Source of the DNA: Eledone cirrhosa
Lineage: Eukaryota
DNA length: 64,000 nt
Assembly: GCA_964016885.1 (NCBI GenBank)
Contig: OZ024753.1
Coordinates: forward strand, 45,074,001-45,138,000
Direction: 5' to 3'
Position numbers and translations under genes: made by a program. Positions 26,601 to 38,637 of this stretch are shown in pieces (the stretch's first letter is position 1; each line of letters starts with the position of its first letter). Below the pieces are notes generated by a model. That model saw only the letters and a list, made by a program, of their open reading frames with translations. It had not been told where the DNA came from and did not search any database.

Positions 26601-26938
26601 TAGGAAGTCCTTGTCGTCTGTTAGAGCAGTAGTGTGTATTAGGGACTCGTAAAACCTATCCTTAAGTTCGTCTGGCAGCCCCGATTGGGGTGCGTAAGCT
26701 GATATTATTGTGGTAATTGTCTTATTCAGGACTAGTCTGAGTTTAATGATTCTTGCATTTACCCTGTACACTGAGATTACTTTATCTACCCACTTGTCAG
26801 CTAATAGTATACCTACACCACCCATCCCATCGTCATTTCCCACCCAGAAAAATTTGTAGCACTGGCTTTTTCCTACAAGGACTCTAGCAGACCCTCCTCT
26901 CCATCTAGTCTCTTGCACACAGCATACATCAACTTCCT
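23683..26938 (-). mobile_element. RTE-clade LINE, 5'-truncated, antisense in FAM78 intron
   Basis: Single EN-RT ORF, about 290 nt of 3' sequence and a (GAT)n tail. Both ends abut (TA)n. Confidence 0.95.
23973..26936 (-). CDS. RTE ORF: APE endonuclease + reverse transcriptase + PHD-like zinc finger (N-terminus missing)
   Basis: EVDVCCVQETRW, AYAPQ, GDFNGHVG, LDFIL, SQH (APE); FVDLEKAFDRV, QGSVLSPLLF, YADD (RT). No stops or frameshifts over about 987 codons. Confidence 0.93.
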   Translation of the reverse strand, partial: EVDVCCVQETRWRGGSARVLVGKSQCYKFFWVGNDDGMGGVGILLADKWVDKVISVYRVNARIIKLRLVLNKTITTIISAYAPQSGLPDELKDRFYESLIHTTALTDDKDFLIIAGDFNGHVGKHCDGFNRVHGGHGVGTRNEEGFRLLEFCDANDMSICNTNFKKPDNHLITYRSGEHSSQLDFILIRGRDRWTVVNTKAFPSEECTSQHSLVVSDLTVRTRRALKQRPTWRRKIWKLKVPSTSNRFKDILLNAYDSKEEQIETFNVEENWEFLKNNLLEATDEVCGWSKTSSRRRVTWWWNNKVDEAVKAKRQAWKEWKNGGSRVHYIETKREARRQVYLARREAEDRKFKHVLQREDQKQEVFKIARQCVRDSCDVIGEKCIRNDKGELALTSAEKKDAWKSHYDRLLNEENAWEEETLPHVDPIEGPAVQVSGSVVSKAIRDMKIGKATGPSGIAAEMLKASGSVGHTITTRIVNQVILEGAIPKDWCSSIIVNCYKGKGDALDRGNYRGIKLMDQVMKVTERVIAQLIRDRVNIDEMQFGFVPGKGTTDALFLVRQLQEKYLAKSKPLYLAFVDLEKAFDRVPRAVIWWALRKLGVDEWLVKAVQAMYRGAVSKVRIGNEYSEEFSVQVGVHQGSVLSPLLFIIVLQAITEEFKTGCPWELLYADDLALIAESMVELENKFQTWKQGLERKGLKVNMTKTKVLISRRENRTQIPSGKWPCSVCRKGVGRNSILCPKCKQWVHKRCSGISGSLIKNVGFTCSSCAETASKQPQETSTTNLWEGPVETVDSFCYLGDRISNGGGCSESTITRVRTGWKKFRELLPLLAAKGFSLRMKGRLYDACIRTAMLHGSETWALKVEDLRRLERNEACMLRWMCNSNIRERQSINELRERLSIRGIKCCVQERRLRWYGHVMRMKDDSCIKRCRALEVDGNRGVGRPKMTWDEVIKADLTQLHLSKSMTHDRDFWRHAVIQGTRPPMGTC

Positions 26939-27145
26939 ATATATATATATATATATACATATACACACATTCTCGTTATCATTCCCATCCATCACCTCCT
27001 CTACCTTCTAATCCTCCTCATTATCCTCCTTCCACCCCCTCCACCTCTCCTCCCCCTAACAAACATGTGGCAGTGATTATGTACAGTTCATTTCATAGTC
27101 TCCAGTTTTTTCTCCAGCACTTTACTGAAGATAAAGGAGGAGTTT

Positions 27146-27185
<40 letters not shown>

Positions 27186-27193
27186 GAGAGAGA

Positions 27194-27303
27194 GAGGCAC
27201 ATGACTTAGTGGTTAGAGCATTGGCCTTGCAATCGAAAGGTTGTGAGTTCAATTCTCAGACCGAGTGATGTGTTGTTTCCTTGAGCAAGACACTTTATTT
27301 CAC
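27194..27303 (+). mobile_element. Same SINE family, cut by the assembly gap
   Basis: Head matches 19801-19915. Confidence 0.85.
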
Positions 27304-27503
27304 NNNNNNNNNNNNNNNNNNNNNNNNNNNNNNNNNNNNNNNNNNNNNNNNNNNNNNNNNNNNNNNNNNNNNNNNNNNNNNNNNNNNNNNNNNNNNNNNN
27401 NNNNNNNNNNNNNNNNNNNNNNNNNNNNNNNNNNNNNNNNNNNNNNNNNNNNNNNNNNNNNNNNNNNNNNNNNNNNNNNNNNNNNNNNNNNNNNNNNNNN
27501 NNN
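27304..27503. other. Assembly gap (200 N)
   Basis: N run. Confidence 1.
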
Positions 27504-28220
27504 CAACTGTACCTCATGTTTTGAAATATTTCAACTACGTTAACTACAGTTGTGGATGGGGGGGGGGGGGGAGTAATTGGACATATGAGAAGGATTCTCT
27601 ACATGGTTGCTCAACCGGCTAGAAATAGTACCCAAATCTTCATTAAAATAAAAAATAAAAAAACCGGAAGAGTATGTTGGATAATGTAGGTATAAATTAC
27701 ATAATGTTTTCAGGGGTGTAGTTGTAGTCCCCACTCTTGGCTAATTGTGGGTTGGTGAGGTTATTTAACCTATAGTTGGGGTGGATGGTCCATTGACTCT
27801 AAGGAGTTCATCTGCCCTTTTAACAGCTCTTGTTTTTTGTGCTGCTGGGGTTCCATTTACCCTCCTCCCCAGACCAGGGTCCAGTAGAAGAGCCGTTTAG
27901 TCACCGACCACTCAACCATGAAGCCAGTTGTACTGAGTTACATGATACCAGTTGTACTGGGTTACATGATACCAGTTGTACTGGGTTACATGATACCAGT
28001 ATCAGGCAGAAGCCTGATTTGACAGTCATTTTAAAATGAGAGACTAATTATTATTGCATAAAGTTAAGTCAAGTTGAAGAAACCTTTTGGTGACCTTGGA
28101 GATAATATATCTCTGTAGAGTTTCACACAGAAAAATAAACACAAAAATAGATTTTAGTGCAGTCTAAAAACATGACATCTGTATCTGGAGGAAAACAAAA
28201 AATTTCTAACAAAATGCTGA

Positions 28221-28432
28221 TTAATCCTTTAGCATTTACATTACTTTATATTTACTATTGTATTTTCACAGTAAAGGCTTTGTTTCACATAATTATTTCA
28301 CATAATATTGAATATGAGATTTTGAGAACAATACCTTAACATAAACATGAGCAGCCGATTACAGTTGGTTTGGACAGAAAAGAGGTGAGAGAATTCTGGC
28401 CGATATGGCCGGTTTAAATGCTAAAGTGTTAA
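28221..28432. mobile_element. TTAA MITE, opposite orientation
   Basis: ttaatcctttagcattta ... taaatgctaaagtgttaa. Confidence 0.85.
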
Positions 28433-30136
28433 GTAAAGTGGATCAGGAAGATACAATATTAAGAAAGACAATGTAGAAACCTGACAAATTGTAGTGTTGG
28501 TTTGAGGCCCCTATAAAAGAGCTTGACAGGAGTGAAGTTTAATCTTTTGATCAACACACCACTTCTAAATGAAGGGAACTAAAAAAAGCAATATTTTGTT
28601 AATGTAATAAATGACATCATCATCTTCATCATCTTTTAACATCTGTTTTCCATGCGTTCATGAGTTAGACAAGCTGTCGTCTTCATTTGTCAGACAGGTC
28701 AGGTGACCATGTCCAACTCGTATGTTCCATTTTGGACTTGGTTCCTGTGGCTGGATGACCTTCCTAATGCCAACCACTTCACAGTGATGACTGTGAGCAT
28801 TTTGTCATGGTATCAGCACTACCACTTTAAAGTGTGGACTGGGTGCTTTTTGCTGTGTCATCAACACTACTACATCACAGGGTATATTGGGTACTTTTGT
28901 CATGGAACCTTATGTATATATTACAATAAATATGATTAATGGCAGATGTTGAAGATTTAAAATTATGTTTACATGTTTCACAGCAAGTATTTTTGTAGGA
29001 ATATATTAACTCTTAACATCCTGTTGCACATGAAACCACATTATCAAAACATTCTTGAAAAGTACAAAGCAGCACTACAACTGCATCAAATTAAATATTC
29101 AAATATTTACTCTAATACTGCAAAGTTTTACAACAATCTGTCAGCTAGTAAAAATATTATAAACATTTAAATTAACAAACCTAATTTTAAACATTTTTTG
29201 CTAAATTATATGATGCTTGTGTTTGAACTTCAAATGCTGCGTGGACACCGCATTTATAAAGGAGAGGGAAAGGAAGTCATACAATATGACCTGTGTGACT
29301 TTCTCAACAACTTTCGAAATAAGTGAAATTACATCAGTACAACTGAAAATAGAAATAAGGTTATGAACTTACAACTTTGCCTTTCAGCTTTTCGAGGTTG
29401 ATAAAAAAAGTACCAGTCAACTACTGGGGTCAATTCTTCTTCTATATATCTCTTTCTCACCTCCATACTCTCACCCTCTATCCTACTCTGGAAGAAATCT
29501 GTCGGATTCAGACTTTGAGAAGCATGGGTTTGGTCAGGTTTTAAAAACATTATATGCCACTTCGACTCCCTCAAGAGTTACGGAGCCATGCATGCAACCC
29601 TTTTGATACCCACTAAATAAAACAACCTCTGGTTCTATGTTTAAAAACCAACTATTTTAAAGGGTTTCTATTTAAATTAAAACCTTCCAATATAATTTGA
29701 TAAAAAAAACATTTTGTTAAATTACAAATACCATCTGAACAACAAAACAATAATTTTGGTAAAAACTCTTTAAATTCTTAATTATTTAATTCAAATCCAG
29801 TGTATTTCATAAGAAATAAGATAAAGAAGGGGTTAATACCCTGAGAAAAACAAAGATTCCTCAGTAACAGCTTCCCTTCCCTTAAATATTTTGACTTTGT
29901 ACCAAAATAAAACCACTCATTGTTGTAAGCAAACAAGAACTTTTTCTTTTGAAATCTCTCAAAGAAAGGAAGCTATAGTTTGAAATTGCAGTTCTGTTGT
30001 GACACAAAGACAAGGAATCTATGAGGATTGCAACTTGCTACTAACCCTAAGTTGAAGTAACACTACATAAAGATTAATCTAGGAGGGAAAGTAGTAGTGT
30101 ATTGTAATATTTGTGCCAGGACTTCATCACACACAT

Positions 30137-30318
30137 AAATAATTGTTTCTACTTTTGGCACAAGGCCAGCAATTACCCAGTACATTACTGGTACTTTATT
30201 TTATCGACCCCGTAAGGATGAAAGGCAAAGTTAACCTCGGCGGGATTTGAACTCAGACTGTAAAGGGACGTAACTATGCTAGAAAGCATGGTGTCTGACG
30301 CTCTACCGATTCTGCCAA
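30137..30318 (-). mobile_element. Meta-domain-like SINE
   Basis: Near full-length reverse complement. Confidence 0.88.
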
Positions 30319-30484
30319 AGGCAGCTCAGGCCCAATATTTCTACCTCTCTGGGGAAATTTACATGATTTTTCTCAGCTATTATTTATTCTGATCAACTTC
30401 TATTACAGTTATTTTGTGCGTTTGGGATTCTCACACTTGCAAATTTTTTTAAAAAATACTTTACATTTGTTTGTTTTATTTCAG

Positions 30485-31064
30485 TACAAGTTGGGAATTC
30501 CAAGAGTTAACCAGCAACAAACAACCCATGATTAGCGACTGCGATGGTTGTTATTACCCGTGGTATGGGGCGCGAGATGAAACGGTCGTTTTTCATTGCC
30601 CATCATTAAAAACACAGGAAACTACGTTAGTCATGAATGACAACTTCCATCCACATGTCACTTGGCGAAACCCAGCCAATGAAAACCAAATTGAGCCAAA
30701 CCTGACCAATATCATTCGCAATCAAAGTTTCTATGTGTGGTTACTTGCGTGGAATATGACCACAGGAAAATCTTACATCCTTATGAACATATACTGGACA
30801 ATGAACTTAGAAATTCACGTCGACCCGCACAAGAAACTTGGTGAACGCGCTAAGTTAATCAGCCCCCAATTCCCAGAGCAACCTATTATTCTCAAAGACA
30901 AAATACCAATACCTCGTTGTGCACTTTCCCCCCCGAATGCAAACAGTGCCCAGAGACTGGTGTGGAATCCAAGAAGGGGTCGGCCTGTTGTGATTATCCC
31001 CCCTGTATGGAACAGTAAAAAATCCGCAGAGAGTCAGATACAGAAACATGACAGTAAATTATAA
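30485..31064 (+). CDS. FAM78: FAM78-family protein, terminal exon (TSWEFQEL...ISDCDGCYYPWYG...MNDNFHPHVTW...PPNANSAQRLVWNP...HDSKL*)
   Basis: Acceptor ttttatttcAG, phase 2. SWE, ISDxDG, YPWYG, MNDNF and NANxAQ motifs typical of FAM78A/B. Stop TAA 31062-31064. Confidence 0.93.
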
Positions 31065-31217
31065 TGGACTGCTGATCATATATACATATATATATATACA
31101 CACACAAACATACATGTCTATATATACATTCATATATTTTTACTATAAATTTTTAAGCATTCCATAAGTTTAAACTTCAAAATATTTACAGATATAGTTT
31201 TTTAAAAAAATATTTCA

Positions 31218-31249
<32 letters not shown>

Positions 31250-31499
31250 GTATGTATATATATATATGTACATATATATATATATGTATGTGTATATATA
31301 TGTACATATATATATATATGTATGTGTATATATATGTACATATATATATATATGTATGTGTATATATATGTACATATATATATATATGTATGTATATATA
31401 TATGTACATATATATATATGTATGTATATATATATGTACATATATATATATATGTATGTATATATATATGTATATATATATATATATATGTATATGTAT

Positions 31500-31549
<50 letters not shown>

Positions 31550-31770
31550 GTATATGTATATATATATATATGTATATGTATATATATATATATGTATATG
31601 TATATATATATATATGTATATGTATATATATATATTTATATATATATATATATGTATGTATATGTATATATATATGTATGTATATGTATATATATATGTA
31701 TGTATATGTATATATATATGTATGTATATGTATATATATATGTGTATGTATATGTATATATATATGTATG

Positions 31771-31803
<33 letters not shown>

Positions 31804-31827
31804 GTATATATACGTATATGTATATGT

Positions 31828-31859
<32 letters not shown>

Positions 31860-31960
31860 GTATGTATATGTATATATATATATATGTATGTATATATACG
31901 TATATATATATGTATATATATAATCTTTATATATAGATATAGATATATATTTATATATAT
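31218..31960. repeat. Long compound (TA)n/(TATG)n tract downstream of the FAM78 stop
   Basis: Directly visible. Similar tracts at 8280-8555, 13230-13915, 22660-22925, 42005-42560 and 45985-46425. Confidence 0.95.
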
Positions 31961-33745
31961 TAAAAAATAAAAAAAATAGTCATATGTATGCGTATAGATG
32001 TAAACTGATGTGTACATACAACAGGCACTGTTTAAGTTAAATATGAATGAATAAACAGTATTAACACACGGTAACAGAATTTAAAAGCTGAAATTCTGTG
32101 AAAAACACAAACATAAATTAAAACCACACAATTGTCATCATTTAAACTATCCAGGTCATTTGATGTCCAAATGTACAAGAAATGATAAAAAGCATTCGGG
32201 TACATTTTTGCAGGAATAAAATATATTTTTAAGATATTCATTATTAATTTTTTTCCCAATTAAGAAACATAAATTTTATTTTGGGCTTGTTAATTTAATT
32301 TAATTTAATTTAATTTAAAAAAAAAAAAAATGTTAGTTTGGTTTTTATAAAAATGAGGAGTTTTCAGTATTCAACCCCACACCAACCTCTGTTTATTAAT
32401 TTTTCAGATTTTTTCCAGCCATGCCACTCATATTCTATCCTCTCCCTTCTCATCCACGATGCTTATTAAATTTTGCTCATCTATCTCTGGTAGCATTCCT
32501 GCGACAATTTTCACCATGTAGCATATGTAGAGACTTCATTAGACTATGTAGAAGTTCTGACATGGTATAGGTTGGATAGGTTTGTAGTACAATGTAGCTT
32601 CTAGCCTCAACAATCTATTCACTATTTTCTTTTCTCTACAGGTATCTAGTCCACATCATATTGTGATATCATGTTCCATTTTCAAGAAAGGTCAATCTTT
32701 CTGACTCTACAAATCACAGCTCTATCATTATGATTTTTTCATCATTATTAGATTGGGTGGTCACAACTGGAATGGCTTTGATAATATATCTACTAGATCA
32801 GATCTAGATTGAATCTAAAATCTCAACAATAGTTTCTATAAAGCAGGATCTCCCCTCAGTGACCCTTTACCTTTGATATCAAAGAAACTTCAACATTAAC
32901 TGCAATGAAAACCTCCCTTCTAAGTTACCCCCAAAAGGACGAAGTTTTACCTCAATTGCAGTGAAAGCTGACATAGTCGTCTTCACCTCTTCAACCAACA
33001 TTCTACCTAAAGTCTCACTTATATTTCCCACCATACTCTTCTTTCTCTGTGTTAATATATATATGTGTATGTGTGTGGGTATATATATATGTGTGTGTGT
33101 GTGGGTATATATATATATGTGTGTGTGTGTGTATAAATATGTATGTGTGTGTATGTATATATATATATATGTGTATGTGTATGTATATATATATATATAT
33201 ATGTGTATGTATATATATATATATATGTGTGTATATGTGTATATATATATGTGTGTATGTATATATATATATATACATATATATATATAAACAAACAAAG
33301 AGATTGAATCAAGCTCTAAACTAATTTCATACTTTACAATTGTTTCAGCAATGTTATGCATCATCACACAGTTGGTTAAAAAGATGTTTATTTCTTATAT
33401 TTATACTTGTTTTTGCTTCTGGGGAGGTAACACTATGTTTTCTTTTTCTTTACACATGTTCTACACAAATTTATCATTTTAACCAACTGTGTAATGAACC
33501 ATGGCAACACTACAACAACTGTAAAATATGAAATGAGTTAAGAACCTGGTTCTATCTTTTTCTTTGTTTAGATTCTTTCTGTGTTTACGTCTAGCTTTCA
33601 GTATCTTTTTTCCTTAAAAGTAACTCTCATATCTTTCAACATTTACTACATAAACACATTGAGTTTTGTGTAAAACTATTTGACAATTATATACTCTTTT
33701 ATATAACTCTCTACATACAAATAGAGTTATATATTTTTACCCTTG

Positions 33746-33779
<34 letters not shown>

Positions 33780-33833
33780 CGGCGATGAATTAGTTTTGTG
33801 AGGTTTTTTATATGAAATCATGAGTCGAAACAA

Positions 33834-34415
33834 ATATTGTTATACTTGGGGAGGGTCATATTTGTGTAATATTGCCAGAATTAATAACAGAACACACTCA
33901 CTGTTTGGTTGGTTTTCGCTTTTCGCTTCTGTGTCTTTTATATCAGTAATCTAATTTATTCGGTCCTCAATGTTGCCATTGACTGACCAACGGTCAAAAA
34001 CAATACAGATACAATATAGACACAAACACATATATATAGTTTATCAAAGTTCTTTCGTTGCACATCTGCAACATCGTCAGTGGTACTATTGTTTCCTCCC
34101 GTTACATTGTATGTCTACACCATCTTTGGCGTAGACATACAATGTAACGAGAGGAAACAATAGCACCACTGACGATGTTGCAGATGTGCAACGAAAGAAC
34201 TTTGATAAACTATATATATGTGTTTGTGTCTATATTGTATCTGTATAGTTTTTAACTGTTGGTCAGTCAATGGCAACATTGAGGACCGAGTAAGTTAGAT
34301 TACTGATATAAAAGACACAGAAGCGAAAAGCGAAAACCAACCAAACAGTGAGTGTGTTCTGTTATTAATTCTGGCAATATTACACAAATATGACCCTCCC
34401 CAAGTATAACAATAT
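33834..34415. repeat. Large palindrome, 289-bp arms, 4-nt loop, about 8 mismatches, no indels
   Basis: Arms 33834-34122 / 34127-34415; lies between (TA)n tracts. Confidence 0.95.
34165..34206 (+). ncRNA. Hammerhead motif in the right arm of the large palindrome (mirror copy on - at about 34043-34084)
   Basis: acca CUGACGA u guugca-gaug-ugcaac GAAA gaac UU ugau; stems I and III weak. Confidence 0.6.
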
Positions 34416-35117
34416 ATATATATACATATATATATAAAAGAAAAGAGATAAAAAAAGAAAAACGAAATACGAGGGACAAATGAACAAAAACACCTACCTT
34501 CCTCATCAGCCATCTGTTGGCCTAGGTAATTTCGTGCATAAGTATGGTATCCAATATTATTAATCCCAGGATGTACAACAACGTAAAACTGGAAAATAGC
34601 ACATGAGACAAAGGAATGTTTTAACTAGGACAGTAAAGGGAACACGTAGAGAAATAGCAATACAAAGTCTTATTACTAGAAACAGTGCAGACAAATGGTG
34701 GGGTTTATATTCAAGAAGAAATAATTCTGTATGGAAAGAATATTTAAATAAAGGGAGATTACTTTTAAATCAAGGGAGATCGCTTTGCCGGAATAAAAAC
34801 AATGAACGCGCACATTAACATGTGCATAGTAAAAGTAAGGTACTCAATACATAGCAGAGTATAAATATTTGATATAGAAATGGCTTCTACAGGACTAGAA
34901 CTGTTTCATTCGGGAGAAATCATCAGGAAAGTCCTGATGATTTATATATATATATATATGATATATATATTAATATAGGTTGTAACAAGCAACCTACACA
35001 ACAACCAGGAGGCTGGCATGTGTTATCTCCCTTGATTCACCGTTTTGGCAATATTTTCCCCAATAACTCCACATGTTTCCGATGGCAACAGTGGATTGGA
35101 ATATTATTTAGGAGGGC

Positions 35118-35153
35118 CATACCACCACTACTACCACCACCACTACTACCACC

Positions 35154-35189
<36 letters not shown>

Positions 35190-35932
35190 GCTACTACTAC
35201 TACTACTACTACTAATACCACCACTACTACTTCTACTACTACTACTACTACTGCTATTGCTACTACTACTACTACTACTACCACCAGCACCGCCACTACC
35301 TCCACTACCACCACCACTACTACTGACAGTCAGTAAATAGATCAATATTGATTTCCTTCCATTGAACACTGGAAACTAATAATCTTTCAAAATCAATGTG
35401 AAATTGTCCTCACTATACAGTGATGGTGGTAGTAGTGGTGGTAGTAGTGGTGATGGTGTTGTTGGTGGTAGTAGTGGTGGTGTTGGTAGTAGTGGTGATA
35501 GTAGTAGTGGTGGTGTTGGTGGTAGTAGTGGTGGTGGTGTTGGTGGTAGCAGTGGTGGTGTTGGTGGTAGTAGCAGTAGTGCGGTGGTGGTGGTGGTGGT
35601 AGTAGCAGTAGTGCGGTGGTGGTGGTGGTGGTAGTAGCAGTAGTGCGGTGGTGGTGGTGGTGGTAGTAGCAGTAGTGCGGTGGTGGTGGTGGTGGTAGTA
35701 GTAGTAGTGCGGTGGTGGTGGTGGTGGTGGTAGTGGTGGTATCAGTAGTAGAAGTAGTAGTAGTAGCAGCAGCAGCAGTAGAAGTGGTGGTGGTGGTATT
35801 AGTAGTAGCAGCAGTAGAAGTGGTATTAGTAGTAGCAGCAGTAGAAGTGGTAGTAGTAGTAGCAGCAGTAGAAGTGGTAGTAGTAGTAGTAGTAGTAGTG
35901 GTGGTTGTGGTAGTAGTAGTGGTGGTGGTAGT
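35118..35932. repeat. (CTA/CCA)n and (TAG/TGG)n triplet tracts in opposite orientation
   Basis: Directly visible. Confidence 0.92.
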
Positions 35933-36011
35933 ACAGTGAATATTTAGGACTATTCCATTAAGTGGTCTCATGTATTGAGTACTCATTCAGTTAATGTTTG
36001 AACACCCTAAA

Positions 36012-36512
36012 TACACAGTGTACAGAGCACACATACTTCTGTACATACACACACACACTTCTGTACACACACACTTCTGTACATACACACACATACTTCT
36101 GTACATACACACACACACTTCTGTACACACACACACACTTCTGTACATACACACACACTTCTGTACATACACACACACTTCTGTACACACACACACTTCT
36201 GTACACACACACACTTCAGTACAGAGCACACATACTTCTGTACACACACACTTCAGTACAGAGCACACATACTTCTGTACATACACACTTCTGTACATAC
36301 ACACACACTTCTGTACAGAGCACACATACTTCTGTACATACACACACTTCAGTACAGACACACACACTTCTGTACATACACACACACTTCTGTACATACA
36401 CACATACTTCTGTACATACATACACACTTCTGTACATACACACACACTTCAGTACATACACACACACTGCAGTACACACACACACTGCAGTACATATGAA
36501 CACACACACACA
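36012..36512 (+). repeat. About 20-bp (cttctgtacatacacacaca) minisatellite
   Basis: Directly visible. Confidence 0.93.
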
Positions 36513-36617
36513 CAGGAATATTTTACATCTACGGGGTTGCTTGTTTTCATAAGGTACAGTCTTGACAAGCAGAAATTAATTAGTAGTAGTACTAACACAG
36601 TGTAATTCATAAAAGAG

Positions 36618-36663
<46 letters not shown>

Positions 36664-37502
36664 TTCATGTATGATAAATATAGGTGAGTCTCATGATGGG
36701 TATTTTGAGATGTGATCAAGTCACAGCTGTCTCAGTAACAGTAAATGTATCATACACAAAATTTAAGTGATAGTTTATTTTGTTTCAGTACCCAGTGAGT
36801 GCTGCTGAAGATGGATAAAAATCCCGAACCACTAGTGTTTGTCATTCTCACAACTTTATATATATATACGAGCACATTAACCGATACAACCAAGACAACA
36901 GCGACAACAACAGCAACAACAATTAGGACAACAACAGCGACAGCTGATGCAATTACAACAACAGTAGCAACAACAAATAGGACAGCAACTACAACAACAG
37001 TAGACCCAACAGCAACAACAAGCAACAACAACTAGGACAACAACAGTAGCAACAACAGCAACCAATACAACTACAACAGTAGCAACAACAACTAGGACCA
37101 CATCTACAACAACAGTAGCAACAACAGTTGCAACAACAATGACAACAGAAGCAACAACAGAAGCAACATTTTCAATAAAACCTCACCGTTGTTATTTTCT
37201 TTAGAGATGACTGAAAGAAAATTACAAAAAAAACAACAACAATAAAAAAACCAAAAAAACCAAAACTCAAATATAAAAATAAATATGTTAAAAATTCATA
37301 AAGTTCTAGTTTGTATGTTTTTTGTGTTTTCCTTCCCTAGAGAGCGGGGAAGACATCGGAACATGTATCAAGTGACCTTCCTAGTAGAAATATATTGAAC
37401 AGGATGGAGTCAAGGGATCATTAAAAGCTTTATTGATATCAAATAATTTCCGGTTTTAATAACTTGTCAATCCTGTCCTTTATATATACACACATGCATG
37501 TA

Positions 37503-37578
<76 letters not shown>

Positions 37579-37757
37579 ATATATATATATATAATAATAA
37601 ATGTGAAGACTAAAATCCAAAGAGGGCTCGATAAGGATAAATATATATCAAATATATAAGAACCCTAGAGCAAATATTTCAGAAGATCCCGTTAAGGGTG
37701 AAAGCAGTGATTCTTTGCTTAAACTTTAATCTGTTATTTTAATAAATATATATATAT

Positions 37758-38000
37758 AATCATCATCATCATTTTACGTCCACTTTTCCCTGCTTGCAAG
37801 GGTGGGACGGGTCCTATTCAGCACAGCATCTCTCCACTTGTCACGGTCCTTTGTCATCTCCTCGGTGAGCTTCAGCGATCTGAGGTCAGCTCTCACCACC
37901 TCCGCCCATGTTTTTTGTGGTCTTCTTCTACTGCGTCTTCCTTCTACTGGGATTTCTTGGCACTTCTTTCTTTACCCAGCAGTCATCCTCCACGAGCATA
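37758..38000 (-). mobile_element. 3' fragment of a second RTE family (RTE-B)
   Basis: Encodes RRPQKTWAEVVRADL...DRDKWRDAV and ends in cccttgcaagcagggaaaagtggacgtaaaa(tga)n. Further copies at 38240-38446, 46920-47118 and 47925-48040. Confidence 0.85.
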
Positions 38001-38239
38001 TGTTAGTGTGTAATCTTCATTGTTTTTACATCAACTTTTCTATGCCTGGCAAGGGTTACATGAAAGGTTTTGAGGCAGTATTTTACAGCCAGATGCCCTT
38101 CTTACCACCAACAGCTTTTAGTTGCTTCTAATGTTGCCAGTCGATATCAGAGGAAAAACACATTTTTATATATAACATGATTTGTATAGAAATCCAACAT
38201 TTTGATTATCTCTCTTTCTTTCTCTATGTATATATATAA

Positions 38240-38446
38240 AGAAATGCCAAGAAATGCCAGTAGAAGGAAGACTTGGTAGAGGAAGACCACGAAAGACATG
38301 GGCGGAGGTGGTGAGAGCGAACCTCAGATTACTGAAGCTCACGGAGGAGATGACGAAGGACCGTGACAAGTGGAGAGATGCTGTGCTGAATAGGACCCAT
38401 GCCACACTTGCAAGCAGAGAAAAGTGGACGTAAAATGATGATGATG
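38240..38446 (+). mobile_element. RTE-B 3' fragment
   Basis: Inverted homolog of 37758-38000, (GAT)n tail. Confidence 0.85.
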
Positions 38447-38492
<46 letters not shown>

Positions 38493-38552
38493 GAAATAAG
38501 TGTTTTTATTTGATATTGAACATTATTGATCCAATGTTTTAATTGAATACAC

Positions 38553-38637
38553 ACGTCTGATGAGCAGATCGACACTGGAGTCAGGTATATCATATCGATT
38601 AGGTCCTGGAGCCAATCATCTGTGAAACATGTAATGT
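38553..38637 (+). ncRNA. Hammerhead ribozyme with extended stem II
   Basis: acgu CUGAUGA gcagau...(48 nt)...aucugu GAAA caug UA augu; palindromic stem III ACAUGU. Confidence 0.7.

Noticed and set aside
24103-26652. + strand ORFs of 66-209 aa
   Set aside because: Antisense shadows of the RTE ORF.
32420-33045. Possible coding remnant on - strand
   Set aside because: Looks like a heavily decayed LINE RT with stops; too degenerate to classify by eye.
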